A stretch of 63,511 bases of DNA, counting the filler, from Candidatus Tectimicrobiota bacterium (GTDB lineage: Bacteria > JACPSX01): assembly GCA_016193065.1 (NCBI GenBank). It is 4 parts of 4 records of this genome, joined end to end, with 100 filler letters (N's around TTAATTAATTAA, not from the genome) between each part and the next. Parts side by side here need not be neighbours in the genome. Positions count along the whole stretch, not along the records: positions 56,795 to 63,511 come from JACPSX010000044.1; 3 more parts are not named here. One strand, written 5' to 3'. The notes under the pieces were generated by a model. The model saw only the letters and a program-made list of their open reading frames with translations, did no database searches and had not been told where the DNA came from. Positions 62,442-63,511 of the stretch are shown piece after piece (position 1 is the first letter of the stretch; each line of letters begins with the position of its first letter). Made by a program: the position numbers and the translations under genes.

Positions 62442-63437
62442 ATGAAGTGGAAGCTGCTGGCCGCTTGCATTGTCGCTCTCACCCTTCTTCTCCCCCTTTC
62501 CCGGAGCCAGGCCCAGGAAAAGCTGCGCTTTTCCTACAGCTCCACGAACGTGGTGAACGCTCCTTGGTGGATGGCCAAGGACAAAGGATTCTTCAAGAAG
62601 CATGGAATGGACCCCGAGCTTCTCTTCATCGGCAGCACCACGGTCTCCGTCCAGAGCCTTATCGCCGGAGACGTTCAGTTCGGCAACGCGACCGGAGGAG
62701 GCATCGCTAGCGCGAATGCCGGCGGGGGCAACCTGGTGCTGGTCTCCTGCTTCATCAACACCCTTCCTTACCAGCTCGTGGTAAGTCCTTCCATCAAAAC
62801 GGCGGCCGACTTGAAGGGAAAAGCGGTCGGCGTGAGCCGGTTCGGCAGCGCCTCGGATACGGCGGCCCGGTTTCTGGTGAAGAGCCTGGGGCTTACTCCC
62901 GGCAAAGACGTGCCGATACTGCAGGTGGGTGGAGGAATCGAGCGGGTTTCGGCCCTGCGCACCGGCAAAATTGCCGCCCTTTCGGCTTCACCGGGGGTCA
63001 TGGCGCTGGCCGAAGGGGTCGAGTACCGGATACTGGCGGACACCGGCAACGTGTCCGAGAAGCTCCTCTTTCCCTACATCTGCGGAGCCACCACGAAGTC
63101 CTTCCTGGCCTCCAACCGGGACTTGATCAAGCGGGCCACCATGGCCATGATCGAGGGCACTCACTACTTCAAGCAGAACAAGGCCGAAACCAAAAAAATC
63201 GTGGCCAAGTACAGCCGACAGAACAACGAAAAATACCTCGAGGAGGGCTGGGATGTCACCGCCAGGCTCTTGGAGCGGGTGCCCTATGTGACCATGGAAG
63301 GCGCCGAGAGTCAGGTGAAGGAGGTCCTGGCCAATCGTCCGGGCGTACCCCTCAAAACCCAGGACATCGTGGACAACGGCCTCGTGGCGGAGATCGAGAA
63401 GAGCGGCTTTATCGACACGGTGTACCGGGGCAAATAA
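62442..63437 (+). CDS. NitT/TauT ABC substrate-binding protein
   Basis: signal peptide, KDKGFFKKHG, DLKGKAVGVSRFGSASD. Confidence 0.88.
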   Translation: MKWKLLAACIVALTLLLPLSRSQAQEKLRFSYSSTNVVNAPWWMAKDKGFFKKHGMDPELLFIGSTTVSVQSLIAGDVQFGNATGGGIASANAGGGNLVLVSCFINTLPYQLVVSPSIKTAADLKGKAVGVSRFGSASDTAARFLVKSLGLTPGKDVPILQVGGGIERVSALRTGKIAALSASPGVMALAEGVEYRILADTGNVSEKLLFPYICGATTKSFLASNRDLIKRATMAMIEGTHYFKQNKAETKKIVAKYSRQNNEKYLEEGWDVTARLLERVPYVTMEGAESQVKEVLANRPGVPLKTQDIVDNGLVAEIEKSGFIDTVYRGK

Positions 63438-63511
63438 GCGCCAAGATTCGCCGCGGAAGCCCGCCGTCTTTTCAGGTGCACCCGGGAAAGAGCTGCGTCA
63501 AAAAGCAGCAG

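Overview
GC-rich bacterial draft or metagenome-assembled sequence. It is four unrelated contigs joined by 100-nt N linkers containing TTAATTAATTAA (20682-20781, 39687-39786, 56695-56794), so gene neighbourhood holds only within each contig. Contig 1 is an IclR-associated (hetero)aromatic catabolic island: three UbiD-family decarboxylases, two xanthine-oxidase-family Mo large subunits with one FAD and one 2Fe-2S subunit, CoxG, a thiol-dioxygenase-like cupin, GlcG, a TAXI-TRAP transporter and an ACMSD-type amidohydrolase. Contig 2 carries TetR, a PaaK-like CoA ligase and a Liv-type ABC system, then an operon nifU-like/SOD/folE/SDR/ferritin-like/nuoI/nuoB/nuoE-like/nuoF-like/formate dehydrogenase/nfo. 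In that nuoB an in-frame TGA replaces the second Cys of the N2-binding GLACC motif and is followed by a SECIS-like hairpin; this candidate selenocysteine NuoB is the top finding. Contig 3 is a cytochrome-rich respiratory region: NrfD-like subunit, TorD-like chaperone, tetraheme cytochrome, a CxxCH-bearing sensor kinase, and a Rieske/cytochrome b complex co-encoded with a GltD-like NAD(P)H flavoprotein and a CXCH diheme cytochrome. Contig 4 carries an M24-fold protein, a polar amino acid ABC system and a NitT/TauT binding protein. Several dispersed palindromic repeats are present. At least six short internal deletions and two frameshifts look like assembly errors. No rRNA, tRNA, CRISPR array or transposase was recognised. 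All calls come from motif recognition by eye; no database searches were run.
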